From: Smithella sp.
GTDB lineage: Bacteria; Desulfobacterota; Syntrophia; Syntrophales; Smithellaceae
DNA length: 64,000 nt
NCBI GenBank assembly: GCA_035524255.1
Contig: DATKPG010000017.1
Coordinates: 4,886-68,885, forward strand
Direction: 5' to 3'
Within the stretch, counting starts at the first letter, position 1. Each line of letters opens with the position of its first letter. The position numbers and the translations under genes were made by a program. Shown in pieces: positions 8,982-20,465 of the stretch. The notes beneath the pieces are model-generated. The model did not search any database and was not told the DNA's origin. It worked only from the letters and a program-made list of their open reading frames with translations.

Positions 8982-9018
8982 AAAAAAGGCCCCATAATCT
9001 TATATCGATCATGGGGCC
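8982..9018 (-). terminator. Rho-independent terminator after the DUF1566-OmpA gene
   Basis: The minus strand reads GGCCCCAT-15 nt loop-ATGGGGCC followed by TTTTTT. Confidence 0.7.
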
Positions 9019-9049
9019 TTCGTCTTTAAAATTCTAAAAAGTCATTCAA

Positions 9050-10111
9050 TTATTTTGTCAAAATCACTTCAAAAACAGCTTCAACCCTGCGGTTTTTCTG
9101 CCGTCCCTTTGCTGTGGCATTGCTGGCAATGGGTCTATGAGGACCGTAACCTATAGCGTATATACGGGACGCTTTAATCCCAAATTTGTCTATAAGGTAT
9201 TTCCGTACACTGTTAGCGCGGGCCTGAGACAACAATATATTGTAGCCTTCTTTGCCGATACTATCGGTGTGGCCGATTATTTCAGCGTAAATTTCGGGAT
9301 TCGCTTTCATGAAATCAGCTGCCTGTTTTATGTTGTTATGATATTCCTTTTTTATAATGGATTTTGCGGTATCAAACTCAACGTGTAGAGTGATTCTGGC
9401 AATCTCCTTCATGGGCTGAGGTGGTAATGATGGCTCAGACTCAGGCGTGGGCGTGGGCGTAGGCGTAGGAGCAATCTCTGATTCAAGAGAAACTTCAACA
9501 GGAAGTGGCTCAGACGGAGGAGGTGGTGGTGCAACGTGAACAGGCTCAGGCCTGGCCAGCGGCGGCGCCACAGCCGCGTGCTTTTGTTCAATCATAGCAA
9601 TGTTACCTTCTCTGCCATACCGCACCGGCAGTGCCCGGGTTCTATATTTGTTTTTCTGGGGGTCCCACCACCATGAAACACGATTAGCAATAAAGCTAAC
9701 GTATGCCGCTTGAGGTTCTTTTACATCGGATGCCCAGACAAAAGGAGCAGTCAGGGTTATCAGTTTTGTTATGTGATAACCGTTATTTCCAAAAATCATC
9801 CTATCATGCAAACTCTGCAGTTCTTCTTTCGTCGGCATCCGCCAGTCCTTATAGCCGCCTCCGTTATAGTTTTCGCAATAGAACTTCGCATCTGCCCAAC
9901 TAATATTTTTCCCATTGTCCCTGGTCGCCCAAAGCAGATTTGTTTGCGTATCTAATATGGTCCCGTCATTATAAGTAATGAAACGGCCGCCGCTGGCCTT
10001 ATTGACTGTCCTGGCCTTATTTGCCGCCATGGAAGGACTTAAAGTAATAAAAGCAACCATTAAAATAACGACTGCTGCAATCGTTACTATTTTTCCCAAC
10101 GTCTTTCCCAT
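9050..10111 (-). CDS. DUF1566 (Lcl C-terminal-like) domain / Pro-Thr-rich linker / OmpA-family peptidoglycan-binding protein
   Basis: It begins with a signal/TM segment. A DUF1566-like block follows (DTQTNLLWATRDNGKNISWADAKFYCENYNGGGYKDWRMPTKEELQSL), then a linker (PPPPPSEP...PTPTPTPTP). The C-terminal OmpA_C part includes IIGHTDSIGKEGYNILLSQARANSVRKYL...NRRVE. Confidence 0.75.
   Translation of the reverse strand: MGKTLGKIVTIAAVVILMVAFITLSPSMAANKARTVNKASGGRFITYNDGTILDTQTNLLWATRDNGKNISWADAKFYCENYNGGGYKDWRMPTKEELQSLHDRMIFGNNGYHITKLITLTAPFVWASDVKEPQAAYVSFIANRVSWWWDPQKNKYRTRALPVRYGREGNIAMIEQKHAAVAPPLARPEPVHVAPPPPPSEPLPVEVSLESEIAPTPTPTPTPESEPSLPPQPMKEIARITLHVEFDTAKSIIKKEYHNNIKQAADFMKANPEIYAEIIGHTDSIGKEGYNILLSQARANSVRKYLIDKFGIKASRIYAIGYGPHRPIASNATAKGRQKNRRVEAVFEVILTK
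9443..9466. repeat. Four tandem hexamers (ggcgtg x2, ggcgta x2) encoding the (Pro-Thr)n linker
   Basis: Read directly from the sequence. It lies inside the coding region of the OmpA-family gene. Confidence 0.8.
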
Positions 10112-10473
10112 TAATTACTAACTCCCCTCCTCCATTAATTTATTTTCCGCTTGAGACGAGTTACTTTTTAAGTGCTGTCGCGATATTTTAATGATTACAA
10201 TGTTATAACATTGCATAATTTTTTGAATCCGTCAATTAACGAAAACAATGTTAAATTTTCAGTCTTCGGATAGCCTGCGGCGTTATCTTTGTTTTAGAGG
10301 TGCTACAAATAATTTTTGATGGAATTAAGCACCCTGATTTATTAAAACCCTTCCTGGGCAAGCCATGGGAATCTTTAATTCTTAAGGATCATATATTTCA
10401 GTACTTACTCATATACCCTATGGCCGGTGAATATGTTTACTCGCTTACGAATTTAACCGGTAAAAACCTGTGA

Positions 10474-11379
10474 TTATTTCGATTGAGCCTTTTTCGTAAG
10501 CATTTCTATCTGCTCGTCTTTATCCTGCCATAACTGCTGTACCCATTTGTGCATGGCATCGCGAAAGGCCGGGTCGCCTTCGTAATCACCATGCAAAAAC
10601 TTTTCCGGAATTTCTATTATTTTCATACGCACCGTTATACGTTTGACCTTACCGCAGAGAAATTCCCCAAAGGTAGGAATTCCATCCGGATACACAATGG
10701 TAATATCCAGCAAAGAATGAAACTTCTCGCCCAGGACGTCTAACGCCAGCGCGAGGCCGCCTGATTTTGGACGCAGAAGAAATTTGTACTCGCTTTTCTG
10801 CCGGTCACGTTTTTCTTTTGTAAAGCGCGTGCCTTCGAGAAAATTCATCACGCTGGTGGGAACAGTGGCAAATTTTTCGCAGGCTCTTCGCGTTGCCTCA
10901 TAATCTTTGCCTTTCTGTTCAGGATGTTCTTTCAAATATTCGGAACTGTGACGGTACAGGAATGGATAATCGAGCGCCCACCAGCAAAATCCCATTAAAG
11001 GCACCCAAATAAGTTCTCTCTTAATAAAAAATTTCATCAGGGGGATGCGGCGATTCAAAAGATATTGCATCACCAGTATATCAACCCATGATTGATGATT
11101 GCTGACAACCAGATACCAGCCGTTATAATTCAAACCCTCCAATCCCTGCACATCCCACTGTATTTTTTGAGTAAGGCGCATCCATCCAATATTACCGGCA
11201 ATCCAGTTTTCCCCGATCCAATGAAGGATTCTGTTGATGACACGTAAAAGCGGCGGCCAGGGCAAAAGAATTTTCGGAAGGGAAAATATGAATAAAATTG
11301 TTGCCCAAAACAGCACATTTATAGACAAAAGAAATCCCGCGATAGCTCCCACAAGCTTTGACGGTAAGAAATTCAGCAT
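10474..11379 (-). CDS. yihG: Acyltransferase, YihG-like (lysophospholipid acyltransferase family)
   Basis: It has the HX4D motif NHQSWVDILV and the block NFLEGTRFT. Similarity to E. coli YihG runs end to end as I recall that sequence (WALDYPFLYRH..., RRACEKF..., LHGDY...). Confidence 0.75.
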   Translation of the reverse strand: MLNFLPSKLVGAIAGFLLSINVLFWATILFIFSLPKILLPWPPLLRVINRILHWIGENWIAGNIGWMRLTQKIQWDVQGLEGLNYNGWYLVVSNHQSWVDILVMQYLLNRRIPLMKFFIKRELIWVPLMGFCWWALDYPFLYRHSSEYLKEHPEQKGKDYEATRRACEKFATVPTSVMNFLEGTRFTKEKRDRQKSEYKFLLRPKSGGLALALDVLGEKFHSLLDITIVYPDGIPTFGEFLCGKVKRITVRMKIIEIPEKFLHGDYEGDPAFRDAMHKWVQQLWQDKDEQIEMLTKKAQSK

Positions 11380-11620
11380 GATGATATTCCTAAAAATATA
11401 AAATATTTAGACTAATTGTGGTGAGCATAGGAAAAAGAGATTTACAAGTCAAGAAATTTATAGCATAATCCTCTCAAATGTATATTACCTGTCTTAAAGT
11501 TAAAACTGGTTGTGTTCAAAACTGCTATCGATGATTCCCCGCTGAAAGCTTTAAGGGAATACTCGCTGACGAATTCAATTAATTTCAGTTCAAACTCATG
11601 ACTCGAAAGGATTTTAAAAA

Positions 11621-13438
11621 ATGAAAAAAAATCATTTACGGAATATTGCTATAATTTCCCATGTTGATCACGGCAAAACCACACTGCTCAACGCGATGCT
11701 GAAGCAAACGGGAGTATTTCGGGCCAATCAGGCCGTTGAAGACCGCGTTATGGATTCGATGGATTTGGAAAAAGAACGCGGCATTACCATCACGGCAAAA
11801 AACACCGCTGTGGACTACAATGGCGTAAAAATTAACATTGTGGATACGCCCGGCCATGCCGATTTCGGCGGCGAAGTGGAACGCAGCCTTAATATGGTTG
11901 ACGGCGCGATACTACTGGTTGATGCCAGCGAAGGTCCCTTGCCGCAAACAAGATTTGTTTTAAAAAAAGCTCTGATGCTGGGCCTTCCGATAATTTTAGT
12001 CATCAATAAAATAGATAGAAGCGACGCCCGCATTGAAGAAGTTATCAATGAAACCTATGATCTTTTCATTGATTTAGGCGCGGAAGAAAATCAAATTGAA
12101 TTTCCGATACTTTATACGAACGCCAAACTTGGCCAAAGCCATAAAAAGATTGGCGATGACAGCGCCGACCTGCAGCCGCTCTTGCAAACCATCGTCGATC
12201 GTATACCGGCGCCTGAAGGAAATGATGAAGATATCCCTCAGCTTCTTGTCACCAACCTGGATTACGATCCCTATGTCGGACAGATTGCCATCGGGCGACT
12301 GCAGAGCGGCAAACTGGAAATGAACAATCACTACAGCCTTTGCACCAAGGAAAAAATAATCCCCGGCGTTAAGTTCACAGCGCTTTACACTTTTTACGGC
12401 CTGACCAAAAAATTGGTTGATTGGGTCGAGTCAGGCGACATTATCGCCTTATCGGGCGTGGAAAATGTCACTATCGGCGATACCATATCATCCCTGAATG
12501 AACCGCGGCCGCTTGCCCGCCTGCAGGTGGATGAACCGACGGTGTCCATGATGTTCTACGTCAACAACAGTCCTTTTGCCGGCAAAGAAGGAAAATATCT
12601 TACTTCGCGCCATCTGCTGGAGAGGCTGGAAAAAGAAGCCCTGCGAAATGTCGCCATCCGAATCATAAAACTGGAAAGAACCGATGTGTTTGAGGTCTGC
12701 GGACGCGGAGAACTGCAAATGGCGATATTAATCGAAACCATGCGCCGCGAGGGCTATGAACTGATGGTTTCACGTCCCCGCGTAATCACCCGGGAACAAA
12801 AAGGCAAAATTTGCGAACCGGTGGAAAGACTTTTCCTGGATATACCGGAAGATTTTGTGGGGAAAATTACAGAGAAGTTATCCATCAGAAAAGGGCGCAT
12901 GGAAAGTCTGGTCAACAAAGGATCGGGCAGGGTCAGCATGGAATTTCTAATCCCGTCCCGGGGATTGATCGGATTTCGCAGCCAGTTTCTGACGGACACC
13001 AAAGGCGGCGGCGTGATGAATTCATTATTTGAAGATTACGCTTTGTGGTTCGGCCCTATTCCTCAGCGAACAACCGGCGCGCTGGTCGCCGACCGCTCGG
13101 GCCGCGTGACGCCTTATGCCAGCTTTGCGATGGAAGACCGTGGAGAGATGATTGTTGATATCGGCACTGAGGTTTACTCAGGCATGATTGTGGGAGAACA
13201 CAACCGCAGCAGCGATCTCAACGTTAATATCACCAAAGAAAAGAAACTGACGAATATGCGGGCATCCACATCGGATGCCACCATCATTTTGAGGCCGCCT
13301 CGTATTCTATCTCTGGATCAGGCCATCGAATTCATTGCTGAAGATGAGCTTGTGGAAGTAACGCCTAAAAGTGTCCGTCTGAGAAAGATGGAACTGGATG
13401 CGACAAAACGTCTACAGAAAAGTCGCAAAGAGGAATAA
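11621..13438 (+). CDS. typA: Translational GTPase TypA/BipA
   Basis: 605 aa. G motifs are [23 protein letters not shown] and NKIDR. The BipA-specific C-terminal domain is present. Confidence 0.95.
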   Translation: MKKNHLRNIAIISHVDHGKTTLLNAMLKQTGVFRANQAVEDRVMDSMDLEKERGITITAKNTAVDYNGVKINIVDTPGHADFGGEVERSLNMVDGAILLVDASEGPLPQTRFVLKKALMLGLPIILVINKIDRSDARIEEVINETYDLFIDLGAEENQIEFPILYTNAKLGQSHKKIGDDSADLQPLLQTIVDRIPAPEGNDEDIPQLLVTNLDYDPYVGQIAIGRLQSGKLEMNNHYSLCTKEKIIPGVKFTALYTFYGLTKKLVDWVESGDIIALSGVENVTIGDTISSLNEPRPLARLQVDEPTVSMMFYVNNSPFAGKEGKYLTSRHLLERLEKEALRNVAIRIIKLERTDVFEVCGRGELQMAILIETMRREGYELMVSRPRVITREQKGKICEPVERLFLDIPEDFVGKITEKLSIRKGRMESLVNKGSGRVSMEFLIPSRGLIGFRSQFLTDTKGGGVMNSLFEDYALWFGPIPQRTTGALVADRSGRVTPYASFAMEDRGEMIVDIGTEVYSGMIVGEHNRSSDLNVNITKEKKLTNMRASTSDATIILRPPRILSLDQAIEFIAEDELVEVTPKSVRLRKMELDATKRLQKSRKEE

Positions 13439-13662
13439 ACACAAAATCGATCGCGAATTTTTACTGTCTTTTAGAACGGGTAATTAATGAGAAAATGCTG
13501 AAATTGCTTAGAAGGCTTCTTTCCTTTTGTAAAGATTAAGGGGGGGTTGGTTTTTGTTAATTCGCCCTAACCTCTTTTTCACACGAAAAAAGGGAATGCC
13601 TGAGAAAGAGTTTATACGTAAAAAATTCCCTCTCTTTAAAATGAAGGGAAAGTCCATAAAAA

Positions 13663-14631
13663 ATGATTAGTGAGATTGAAAAAAACTTTTACCGCATCAC
13701 TTTGCGTATGCCGTATCGTTTAAAACACGTAAACGCTTACCTTTTTGCCCATCATAAGGAGTTGGCTCTATTTGATACAGGGCTTAATATGCCCGGCTCT
13801 TTTGAAGAGCTGGAAAAGAATCTGAAAAGCGCGGGTTTAAGTATCAATGACATAAGACATATTTTTTTAACCCATGTGCATACGGATCATTGCAGCATGG
13901 CAGGGGTTCTGCAAAAAAAGACAGGCGCGAAAATTTATCTTTCCTCTGCGGCCCACGAAGAATACCAACATTTCCGTCAAACCGATCCGGCCGTGAAGCA
14001 ATTAAAGAAATTTTATTCACGTCAGGGCATGTCGCCCCGTCAAATTGACCTTATCATCGAAGAATATGAAGATATACGCAGCATCATTACCGAATTTAAT
14101 GCCGATAATTTTTTGCAGAACAATGAATCCCGCGAATTCGGCGACTGGAAATTTGAAATAATCTTCACTCCCGGACATGCGGCCGGACATGTTTGTTTTT
14201 TCTTCCCCAAAAAAAATTTCCTTCTGGCCGGCGATCACATTCTGCCTTATATATCGCCAATTTTGAGTCCCGATATATTCGACGATAATTTTTGCCCGCT
14301 TAAAACGTATCTGGATTCGTTAAACGCCATAGAGAAATTGCCTGTTGCCACCATATATCCGGGACATGGCAACGCCTTTATTGATCTTAAGGAGAGAATA
14401 GAAGACACACGTAAGCACCATGAAAAAAGAAAAAGCATTATTCTTGATCATGTAAACACAGATCCAAAGACAAGCTGCGCTATATCTAACGAGATATCCC
14501 GTTCGGAACTAACCGATTTTGAAAAGTTCATGGCCTTGAATGAAACCCTTGTCTATTTGAAGGAACTCAAAGAGGAAGGCGCAATCAAAGAGGGCATGGC
14601 TGGTAATGTTTTATTTTACAAAGGGATATGA
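13663..14631 (+). CDS. MBL-fold metallo-hydrolase
   Basis: It has the HxHxDH motif THVHTDH and later TPGHAAGH and GDH motifs. Confidence 0.8.
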   Translation: MISEIEKNFYRITLRMPYRLKHVNAYLFAHHKELALFDTGLNMPGSFEELEKNLKSAGLSINDIRHIFLTHVHTDHCSMAGVLQKKTGAKIYLSSAAHEEYQHFRQTDPAVKQLKKFYSRQGMSPRQIDLIIEEYEDIRSIITEFNADNFLQNNESREFGDWKFEIIFTPGHAAGHVCFFFPKKNFLLAGDHILPYISPILSPDIFDDNFCPLKTYLDSLNAIEKLPVATIYPGHGNAFIDLKERIEDTRKHHEKRKSIILDHVNTDPKTSCAISNEISRSELTDFEKFMALNETLVYLKELKEEGAIKEGMAGNVLFYKGI

Positions 14632-14715
14632 CACGAGGGATAATTGTTGACAGATGTTTCATTATGGTTAATATACGCCGCTTAATTAAACAGTTTTATT
14701 TGGAGACAGTATAAT

Positions 14716-16302
14716 TTGAGCAAACACCTGGAAAAAGAAATTGAACGCCGCCGTACATTCGGCATCATCAGTCATCCTGACGCTGGTAAAACCACGCTCA
14801 CGGAAAAGCTTTTGCTATTTGGCGGAGCTATTCAGATGGCCGGAGCAGTTAAAGCGAGGAAAGCTTCAAAGCACGCGTTGAGCGACTGGATGGCTATTGA
14901 AAAGGATCGGGGCATTTCCGTTACCTCATCGGTCATGAAATTCGAATACGCGGACTGCGATATAAATCTTCTGGACACGCCCGGCCATCAGGATTTTTCG
15001 GAAGATACTTACCGCGTGCTTACCGCCGTGGACAGCGCGCTGATGGTTATTGACGGCGCCAAAGGCGTAGAGACGCAAACCCAAAAGCTTATGGAAGTCT
15101 GTCGTCTGCGCAATACGCCGATTATAACTTTTATCAACAAACTCGATCGCGACTGTCTGCCTCCTCTGGACATTCTGGCGGATATCGAAGACAAACTGCA
15201 GATTGAATGTTCGCCCCTGTCCTGGCCAATTGGCATGGGCAAACGTTTCAAAGGTGTTTATAATATTTATGATAAGAAACTTCATCTCTTTACACCGGGA
15301 AAAGCAAAGCGTTCGGAAGGCGGAGTTGTCATTAATGATTTATCCGATCCGCTTCTTGATGAACTATTAGGAAGTCAGGCCGGTGAACTGCGTGAGGAAA
15401 TTGCCCTGCTGGAGGGAGCGGCGAATCCCTTTGATCTCAAGGAATATTTAAAAGCGAGTCAGACGCCGGTTTTTTTCGGCAGTGCCATTAACAATTTCGG
15501 CGTCAAGGAACTCCTTGACGCTTTCGTGGAAATCGCTCCGCCGCCGGTACCCCGCCCGACAACCACAAGAAATGTCGATCCCGATGAAGATGACTTTGCC
15601 GGCTTTGTTTTTAAAATCCAGGCCAACATGGATCCGGCGCACCGCGACCGTATCGCTTTTATGAGGATTTGTTCAGGACAATTTCAGCGCGGCATGCGCG
15701 TCATTCATCACCGTATCGGCAAGGAAGTATCCCTCGCCAACGCCACCATCTTCATGGCGCAGGACCGCACCAATATCGAAGAGGCATATCCAGGAGACAT
15801 TATCGGTATTCATAATCACGGCACGATTAAAATCGGCGACACTTTCACGCAGAAAGAGCCTCTCAAATTCACCGGCATTCCGCATTTCGCGCCGGAGCAT
15901 TTCTGCCGTGTGCGGCTCAAAGACCCCCTGCGGATGAAACATCTGCAAAAGGGGCTGACTCAACTCTCCGAAGAAGGCGCTATTCAGGTTTTTAAGCCTC
16001 TTTGGGGCTCGGATAATATTCTGGGCGCTGTAGGCGCTCTTCAATTTGATGTGACGATGTCACGTTTAAAAGACGAATACAGCGTTTACGCCGATTATGA
16101 AAAAACCGATTATGCCGCTGCCCGCTGGGTTACTTGTGACGACCCCAAAGTCATGGAAGATTTTCAGAAAAAAAACCAGTCTAATCTTGCTCTAGATACA
16201 GAAGGGAATCTTGTTTATCTGGCATTATCCGACTGGCGCCTCACGCATACAATGGAAGAATGGCCAAAAGTTAAATTTCTTAAGACCATGGAAAAGAGCT
16301 GA
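14716..16302 (+). CDS. prfC: Peptide chain release factor 3
   Basis: 528 aa with a TTG start. Motifs are [30 protein letters not shown] and NKLDR. Confidence 0.95.
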   Translation: MSKHLEKEIERRRTFGIISHPDAGKTTLTEKLLLFGGAIQMAGAVKARKASKHALSDWMAIEKDRGISVTSSVMKFEYADCDINLLDTPGHQDFSEDTYRVLTAVDSALMVIDGAKGVETQTQKLMEVCRLRNTPIITFINKLDRDCLPPLDILADIEDKLQIECSPLSWPIGMGKRFKGVYNIYDKKLHLFTPGKAKRSEGGVVINDLSDPLLDELLGSQAGELREEIALLEGAANPFDLKEYLKASQTPVFFGSAINNFGVKELLDAFVEIAPPPVPRPTTTRNVDPDEDDFAGFVFKIQANMDPAHRDRIAFMRICSGQFQRGMRVIHHRIGKEVSLANATIFMAQDRTNIEEAYPGDIIGIHNHGTIKIGDTFTQKEPLKFTGIPHFAPEHFCRVRLKDPLRMKHLQKGLTQLSEEGAIQVFKPLWGSDNILGAVGALQFDVTMSRLKDEYSVYADYEKTDYAAARWVTCDDPKVMEDFQKKNQSNLALDTEGNLVYLALSDWRLTHTMEEWPKVKFLKTMEKS

Positions 16303-16590
16303 ACCCCATTCGTCCGTGATTACAACATTGCAGCGGCAAAAGTCTGTAAGACAAGGCTACAGATTCATTATGCTCATCCTCTGTGGGATGCGCTTGTGGT
16401 CATTGATTTTCTTTGATTTAGAAGCGGTGAAAAATATTAATTGATGTTTTCCTGAATTTAACGTAACTGAATTTTTTAAGAACACTGAGCAAGTAATGAT
16501 CCGATAAAAGGGAGGCCGTATAGCCTACAGTTTCCGTTTTTTTCGGGGCATAAGAAAAAGAAACCCCACATATTCAGAAGGAGATAACTA

Positions 16591-16941
16591 ATGGATAACG
16601 CAGGCGGAACTAAAATAACGGACATTAAAATTAACCCCAATAATCTTTATAAGGAAGAAGCATTCACCGACCTGACCTTTGCCACAATCAGGCGTCTCAC
16701 ACCCGTCAAGGTTGATGGCTCGATAGACGAAAGCAGAGAAACCATTTTCACCGGCATGACCCAGCTTATGTCACCCAATGGCCCGATTCCGGTTCAATGT
16801 CTTATCGAAGGCGTAAAAAACTTAAGCGAAGCGGCGGCCAAATTACCTGAAGCCATTGAAAAAACCGTTCAGGCAATGATTGCCGAAGCGGAGGAAATGA
16901 GGCGTCAGGATGCGTCGAAAATCATCGTGCCCGGCCAGTAA
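16591..16941 (+). CDS. Small conserved hypothetical protein (116 aa)
   Basis: Good RBS (AGAAGGAGATAACTA-ATG) and coding-like composition. No motif was recognised. Confidence 0.55.
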   Translation: MDNAGGTKITDIKINPNNLYKEEAFTDLTFATIRRLTPVKVDGSIDESRETIFTGMTQLMSPNGPIPVQCLIEGVKNLSEAAAKLPEAIEKTVQAMIAEAEEMRRQDASKIIVPGQ

Positions 16942-17111
16942 AAATTAACGTATTATCAAAAGCTGTTTAAAATAGCTTCAAAGATTCTTAGTCGAGTCGA
17001 AAACTCGATAGAAAACCATTGAATAGAGAATTTCTTCTTTCAATAACGAATATTTGATATTATTTTTTAATTCAAGTAAGCAAATTTAGTATTTTTATCA
17101 GGGTTAAAAGG

Positions 17112-17516
17112 ATGCCCAAGAACACCAAAAAAAATGATCTGGCCGGTTTAACTCTTCTGGGAAAAGCGGCAAAGCCCGTGCGCAAGCTGGAGACGTTTCC
17201 CAATCACAATAACAGCCGCGATTATGTGGTAACCCTGCAAACCGAAGAATTTACCTGTGTTTGTCCCAAGACAGGCCAGCCCGATTTTGCCAAAATTAAA
17301 ATCCAGTACATCCCGGATGGGAAAATTATCGAATCCAAATCCTTAAAATTGTATTTATGGTCTTTTCGCAATGAAGGTGTTTTTCACGAACATGTCACCA
17401 ATGTAATTCTTGATGACCTGGTAGCCGCACTAAAGCCGCGCTGGTGCTCTGTTCGCGCGGAATTTGCCGTACGAGGAGGCATCGGAATAACCGTTGAGGC
17501 TGAATATAAAAAATAA
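17112..17516 (+). CDS. queF: NADPH-dependent 7-cyano-7-deazaguanine reductase (type I QueF)
   Basis: 134 aa. It has EFTCVCPKTGQPDFA, which includes the catalytic Cys, and the QueF motif E(S/L)K(S/A)hK(L/Y) as ESKSLKLYL. Confidence 0.9.
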   Translation: MPKNTKKNDLAGLTLLGKAAKPVRKLETFPNHNNSRDYVVTLQTEEFTCVCPKTGQPDFAKIKIQYIPDGKIIESKSLKLYLWSFRNEGVFHEHVTNVILDDLVAALKPRWCSVRAEFAVRGGIGITVEAEYKK

Positions 17517-17624
17517 TTCAGCTGTCATTTGTCATCACAATACTTTGTTGTAATTTAAGAGCGCAGCGTGAGTATAGTCTGATGTATCTTTTGTGAGTTT
17601 TGACAGCCCCGCTAATCTCAGGAC

Positions 17625-18932
17625 TTAAATCTTTCTTTTATCAATAACCCGGCTGGCTTTGCCTTCTGAGCGTTGGATGGTTTTGGGTTCCACCAGTTTG
17701 ACCTTTGCGGTAATACCCAGATAATCCTTCATGTCTTTTTTCAGTTGTCCCTCCAGTTTCTGGAGCGCCTTGACTTCATCGGCATTGGCGAACTGTGATT
17801 CTGTTAATTCTACCTGAACCTCGAGTGTATCGAGCGAGCCTTCACGATCCACTATAAGCTGATAGTGCGGCTCGAGGCCTTCGATGCCTATCATCACAGC
17901 TTCAATCTGCGAGGGAAAGACATTTACGCCGCGGATGATCAGCATGTCGTCGCTGCGTCCCATAACGCGTCCCATCCGGTTGAGCGTCCGCCCGCATCGG
18001 CAGGGCTCGGTATTCAAACGGGCGATATCGCGAGTCCGGTAACGGATGAGCGGAACGGCTTCCTTAGTGAGCGTTGTGAAAACGAGCTCTCCTTCGTCAC
18101 CGGCATCAAGTACTTCACCGGTTTTCGGATTGATGGTTTCGACCAGGAAATGATCTTCAAAGATGTGCATACCGTCGCGCACTTCGCTACACTCCATCGA
18201 CACTCCCGGACCCATGATTTCGGAAAGACCGTAAATATTCATCGCCGTGATGTTCAGAGCTTTTTCAATTTCTCCACGCATCTTTTCGCTCCATGGTTCC
18301 GCGCCGAAAATTCCCACGCGAAGCGCCAGCGCGCGCATGTCCACACCCATTGCCCGCCCTTGTTCGGCCAGATTAAGAGCATATGACGGCGTACAGCAGA
18401 TAGCCGTCGGCCGGAAATCCTGCAAAATCATAATCTGACGTTTGGTGTTGCCGCCGGACATCGGGATCACACTGGCGCCGATTTTTTCCGCGCCGTAATG
18501 AGCGCCCAAGCCACCGGTGAACAGTCCGTAGCCGTAAGCGTTATGGATGATGTCGTTTTTGGTGAGACCCGCAGCCACAAAGCAGCGTCCCATCAATTCC
18601 GCCCACGTTTCAATATCGCGTTTTGTATAGCCGGCCACGGTGGACGCGCCGGTAGTGCCGGATGAGGCATGCAGGCGGACGACATTGCTCATCGGCGTGG
18701 CGAATAATCCGAAAGGATAACTATACCGTAAATCCTGTTTGGTGGTAAAGGGAAAACGTTTAAGGTCACTGAGTGTTTTTAGACTATCGGGCGAGACGCC
18801 CGCTTTATCGAAGGACTTTTTATAGAAATCGACGCTACTATAAACCCGCGAGACAACCTGTTGCAGTCTTTTGAGTTGCAGCGCTTCCAGGGCTTCCCGG
18901 GGCAGAGTTTCAAATTCTTCATTGTAGATCAT
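17625..18932 (-). CDS. paaK: Phenylacetate-CoA ligase family protein (PaaK-like adenylate-forming enzyme)
   Basis: 435 aa. The N-terminus [17 protein letters not shown] and the SSGTTG and YGLSE motifs are typical of the PaaK family. Confidence 0.8.
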   Translation of the reverse strand: MIYNEEFETLPREALEALQLKRLQQVVSRVYSSVDFYKKSFDKAGVSPDSLKTLSDLKRFPFTTKQDLRYSYPFGLFATPMSNVVRLHASSGTTGASTVAGYTKRDIETWAELMGRCFVAAGLTKNDIIHNAYGYGLFTGGLGAHYGAEKIGASVIPMSGGNTKRQIMILQDFRPTAICCTPSYALNLAEQGRAMGVDMRALALRVGIFGAEPWSEKMRGEIEKALNITAMNIYGLSEIMGPGVSMECSEVRDGMHIFEDHFLVETINPKTGEVLDAGDEGELVFTTLTKEAVPLIRYRTRDIARLNTEPCRCGRTLNRMGRVMGRSDDMLIIRGVNVFPSQIEAVMIGIEGLEPHYQLIVDREGSLDTLEVQVELTESQFANADEVKALQKLEGQLKKDMKDYLGITAKVKLVEPKTIQRSEGKASRVIDKRKI

Positions 18933-19097
18933 GATTTGCAGTTCTCCTGAGTCATCATACTTGTGCTCCTATAGCATAAACTGAATTCAATGCCAAACTA
19001 AAGCTGTCCGCGAAATTAAAACCATGACTGATTAAGAATCAGGAGAATAATTTATGGAGCAAAGCATGCCACTTACTCCTGATATTTCCATAAAGAT

Positions 19098-19430
19098 TTA
19101 ATTTCTTTCCAAAAATCCCAATTCCTGTAAAATTTCTCTGGCCCGCGGTGCATCATCCGCTTTTACCAGCAGGCGGGCATAGGATCCGGCCCAACTGATT
19201 AAAACCGGGCTTTCTCCCTCAAAAAAATAAGTAATGCCTTCGCCATCAAGGACCGACTTTATAAACGAAATATCGCTTTGCCGATATGTGGAATAAATTT
19301 CAATGAGATCGGCATAACTTGTTTCTTCCATAAGCTCCGGAGGCTGTTTTGCAACCAGATCAGCGCCGCAATCGGCGCACTTATAAAAGCCTTCCCTGTA
19401 TTCGTTGCCGCATTTTGGACAAAACATCAC
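19098..19430 (-). CDS. Zinc-ribbon + DUF2007-like small protein
   Basis: It has an N-terminal CPKCG...CADCG zinc-ribbon. The C-terminal fold pattern (LLVKADDAPRAREIL) resembles the putative signal-transducing DUF2007 domain. Confidence 0.5.
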   Translation of the reverse strand: MMFCPKCGNEYREGFYKCADCGADLVAKQPPELMEETSYADLIEIYSTYRQSDISFIKSVLDGEGITYFFEGESPVLISWAGSYARLLVKADDAPRAREILQELGFLERN

Positions 19431-19527
19431 ATTATTCTTTCATTTCTGTCAGAGGTGAAGCAGGTCCACCCCGGCGGATCCGCTTCAACTTTTAAAACAC
19501 TTTCAACACTATTAAAATCATCCATGC

Positions 19528-20340
19528 TCAAGCCGCCTTCGCGACGTAAATCCGGTAATGAAGATAAGCGACGAAACCGCCCGGCACCTGCTGAAAAACA
19601 TGATTGATTTCTCCGAATTCCTCCATAATCCTGCCGCAAATTCTCTCAAGGGATTGTGACTTAAGTCCGTACCGCCGTCCGAGTTCAACGGACGATAATT
19701 TCAGCGGCGGCGCCGGACATATTTCAATCACCTGCCAGTTCGTGTTTGCCATACCGTCCCGTAGTTCATTGATTGTGGGGTACCACTTCGGGGTATCCAT
19801 CTCCTGATACAGAACATTTAAACACTGCGCTTCCGGGGCATTCTCAAAGCACGCGGTCTGGTGAATGAACAGCTCTCCCGTTCTGGCCTGATCGCGAATG
19901 TGGCTCAGAACGGGGATCAATCCGTCTTTGCCAAAGTAGTGCAGCACGGATCTCATAATAAAAGAAATTCGTTTGCCGAAGGTAGCCAGATCGTTCCGGC
20001 TGAAGTCGGATATCAAACCGTTTATACAGGATATGCCGCTTTGCTCCATGGCGTCCAGTTGAGTCGCAGAGTAATCCAGATTCACGGGAACCATGTTTTG
20101 AGTTACACTTTGCGCGATCAGTTCCAAAAGAATGAATCCCGTCCCTCCTCCCAAATCTACCAGTACATCCGTATTCGAACCGGACAGATACTGAGATATC
20201 GTTGCAATGAGAGGACGGGCTATAATCGAATTTGAAAAATATCCGTCATGCATTGCGTTCCAAAGTTTGCCATGCACACCGATTTCCCGGCTTATCTGTT
20301 TATCTATTTTCATCTTATTCCTTGCCAAACACAAAGTCAT
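19528..20340 (-). CDS. Class I SAM-dependent methyltransferase
   Basis: Motif I is VLVDLGGGTGF. The start is ambiguous between 20340 and 20313. Confidence 0.65.
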   Translation of the reverse strand: MTLCLARNKMKIDKQISREIGVHGKLWNAMHDGYFSNSIIARPLIATISQYLSGSNTDVLVDLGGGTGFILLELIAQSVTQNMVPVNLDYSATQLDAMEQSGISCINGLISDFSRNDLATFGKRISFIMRSVLHYFGKDGLIPVLSHIRDQARTGELFIHQTACFENAPEAQCLNVLYQEMDTPKWYPTINELRDGMANTNWQVIEICPAPPLKLSSVELGRRYGLKSQSLERICGRIMEEFGEINHVFQQVPGGFVAYLHYRIYVAKAA

Positions 20341-20465
20341 ATAATGATAGCACAGAAAATGCAGGTATCAACAGGAACCGGATCAATAAGAGTTATTGAC
20401 GGATTACTGATCTCCGGTTAAAATAGTCATAAACAAACATGATTTGGTTTGGAGATGAAAGAGGA

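Noticed and set aside
9443-9466. Tandem hexamer repeat considered as a possible CRISPR or VNTR locus
   Set aside because: There are only four 6-nt units, in frame, inside a coding region where they encode a Pro-Thr linker. It is not a CRISPR array. No CRISPR-like repeat-spacer structure was seen anywhere in the window.
16942-17111. Possible preQ1 riboswitch upstream of queF
   Set aside because: I found no preQ1-I/II-like core (no short hairpin with an A-rich tail, no ...CCCUC...UAAAAAACUA-type signature). The region is just an AT-rich spacer with small hairpins.
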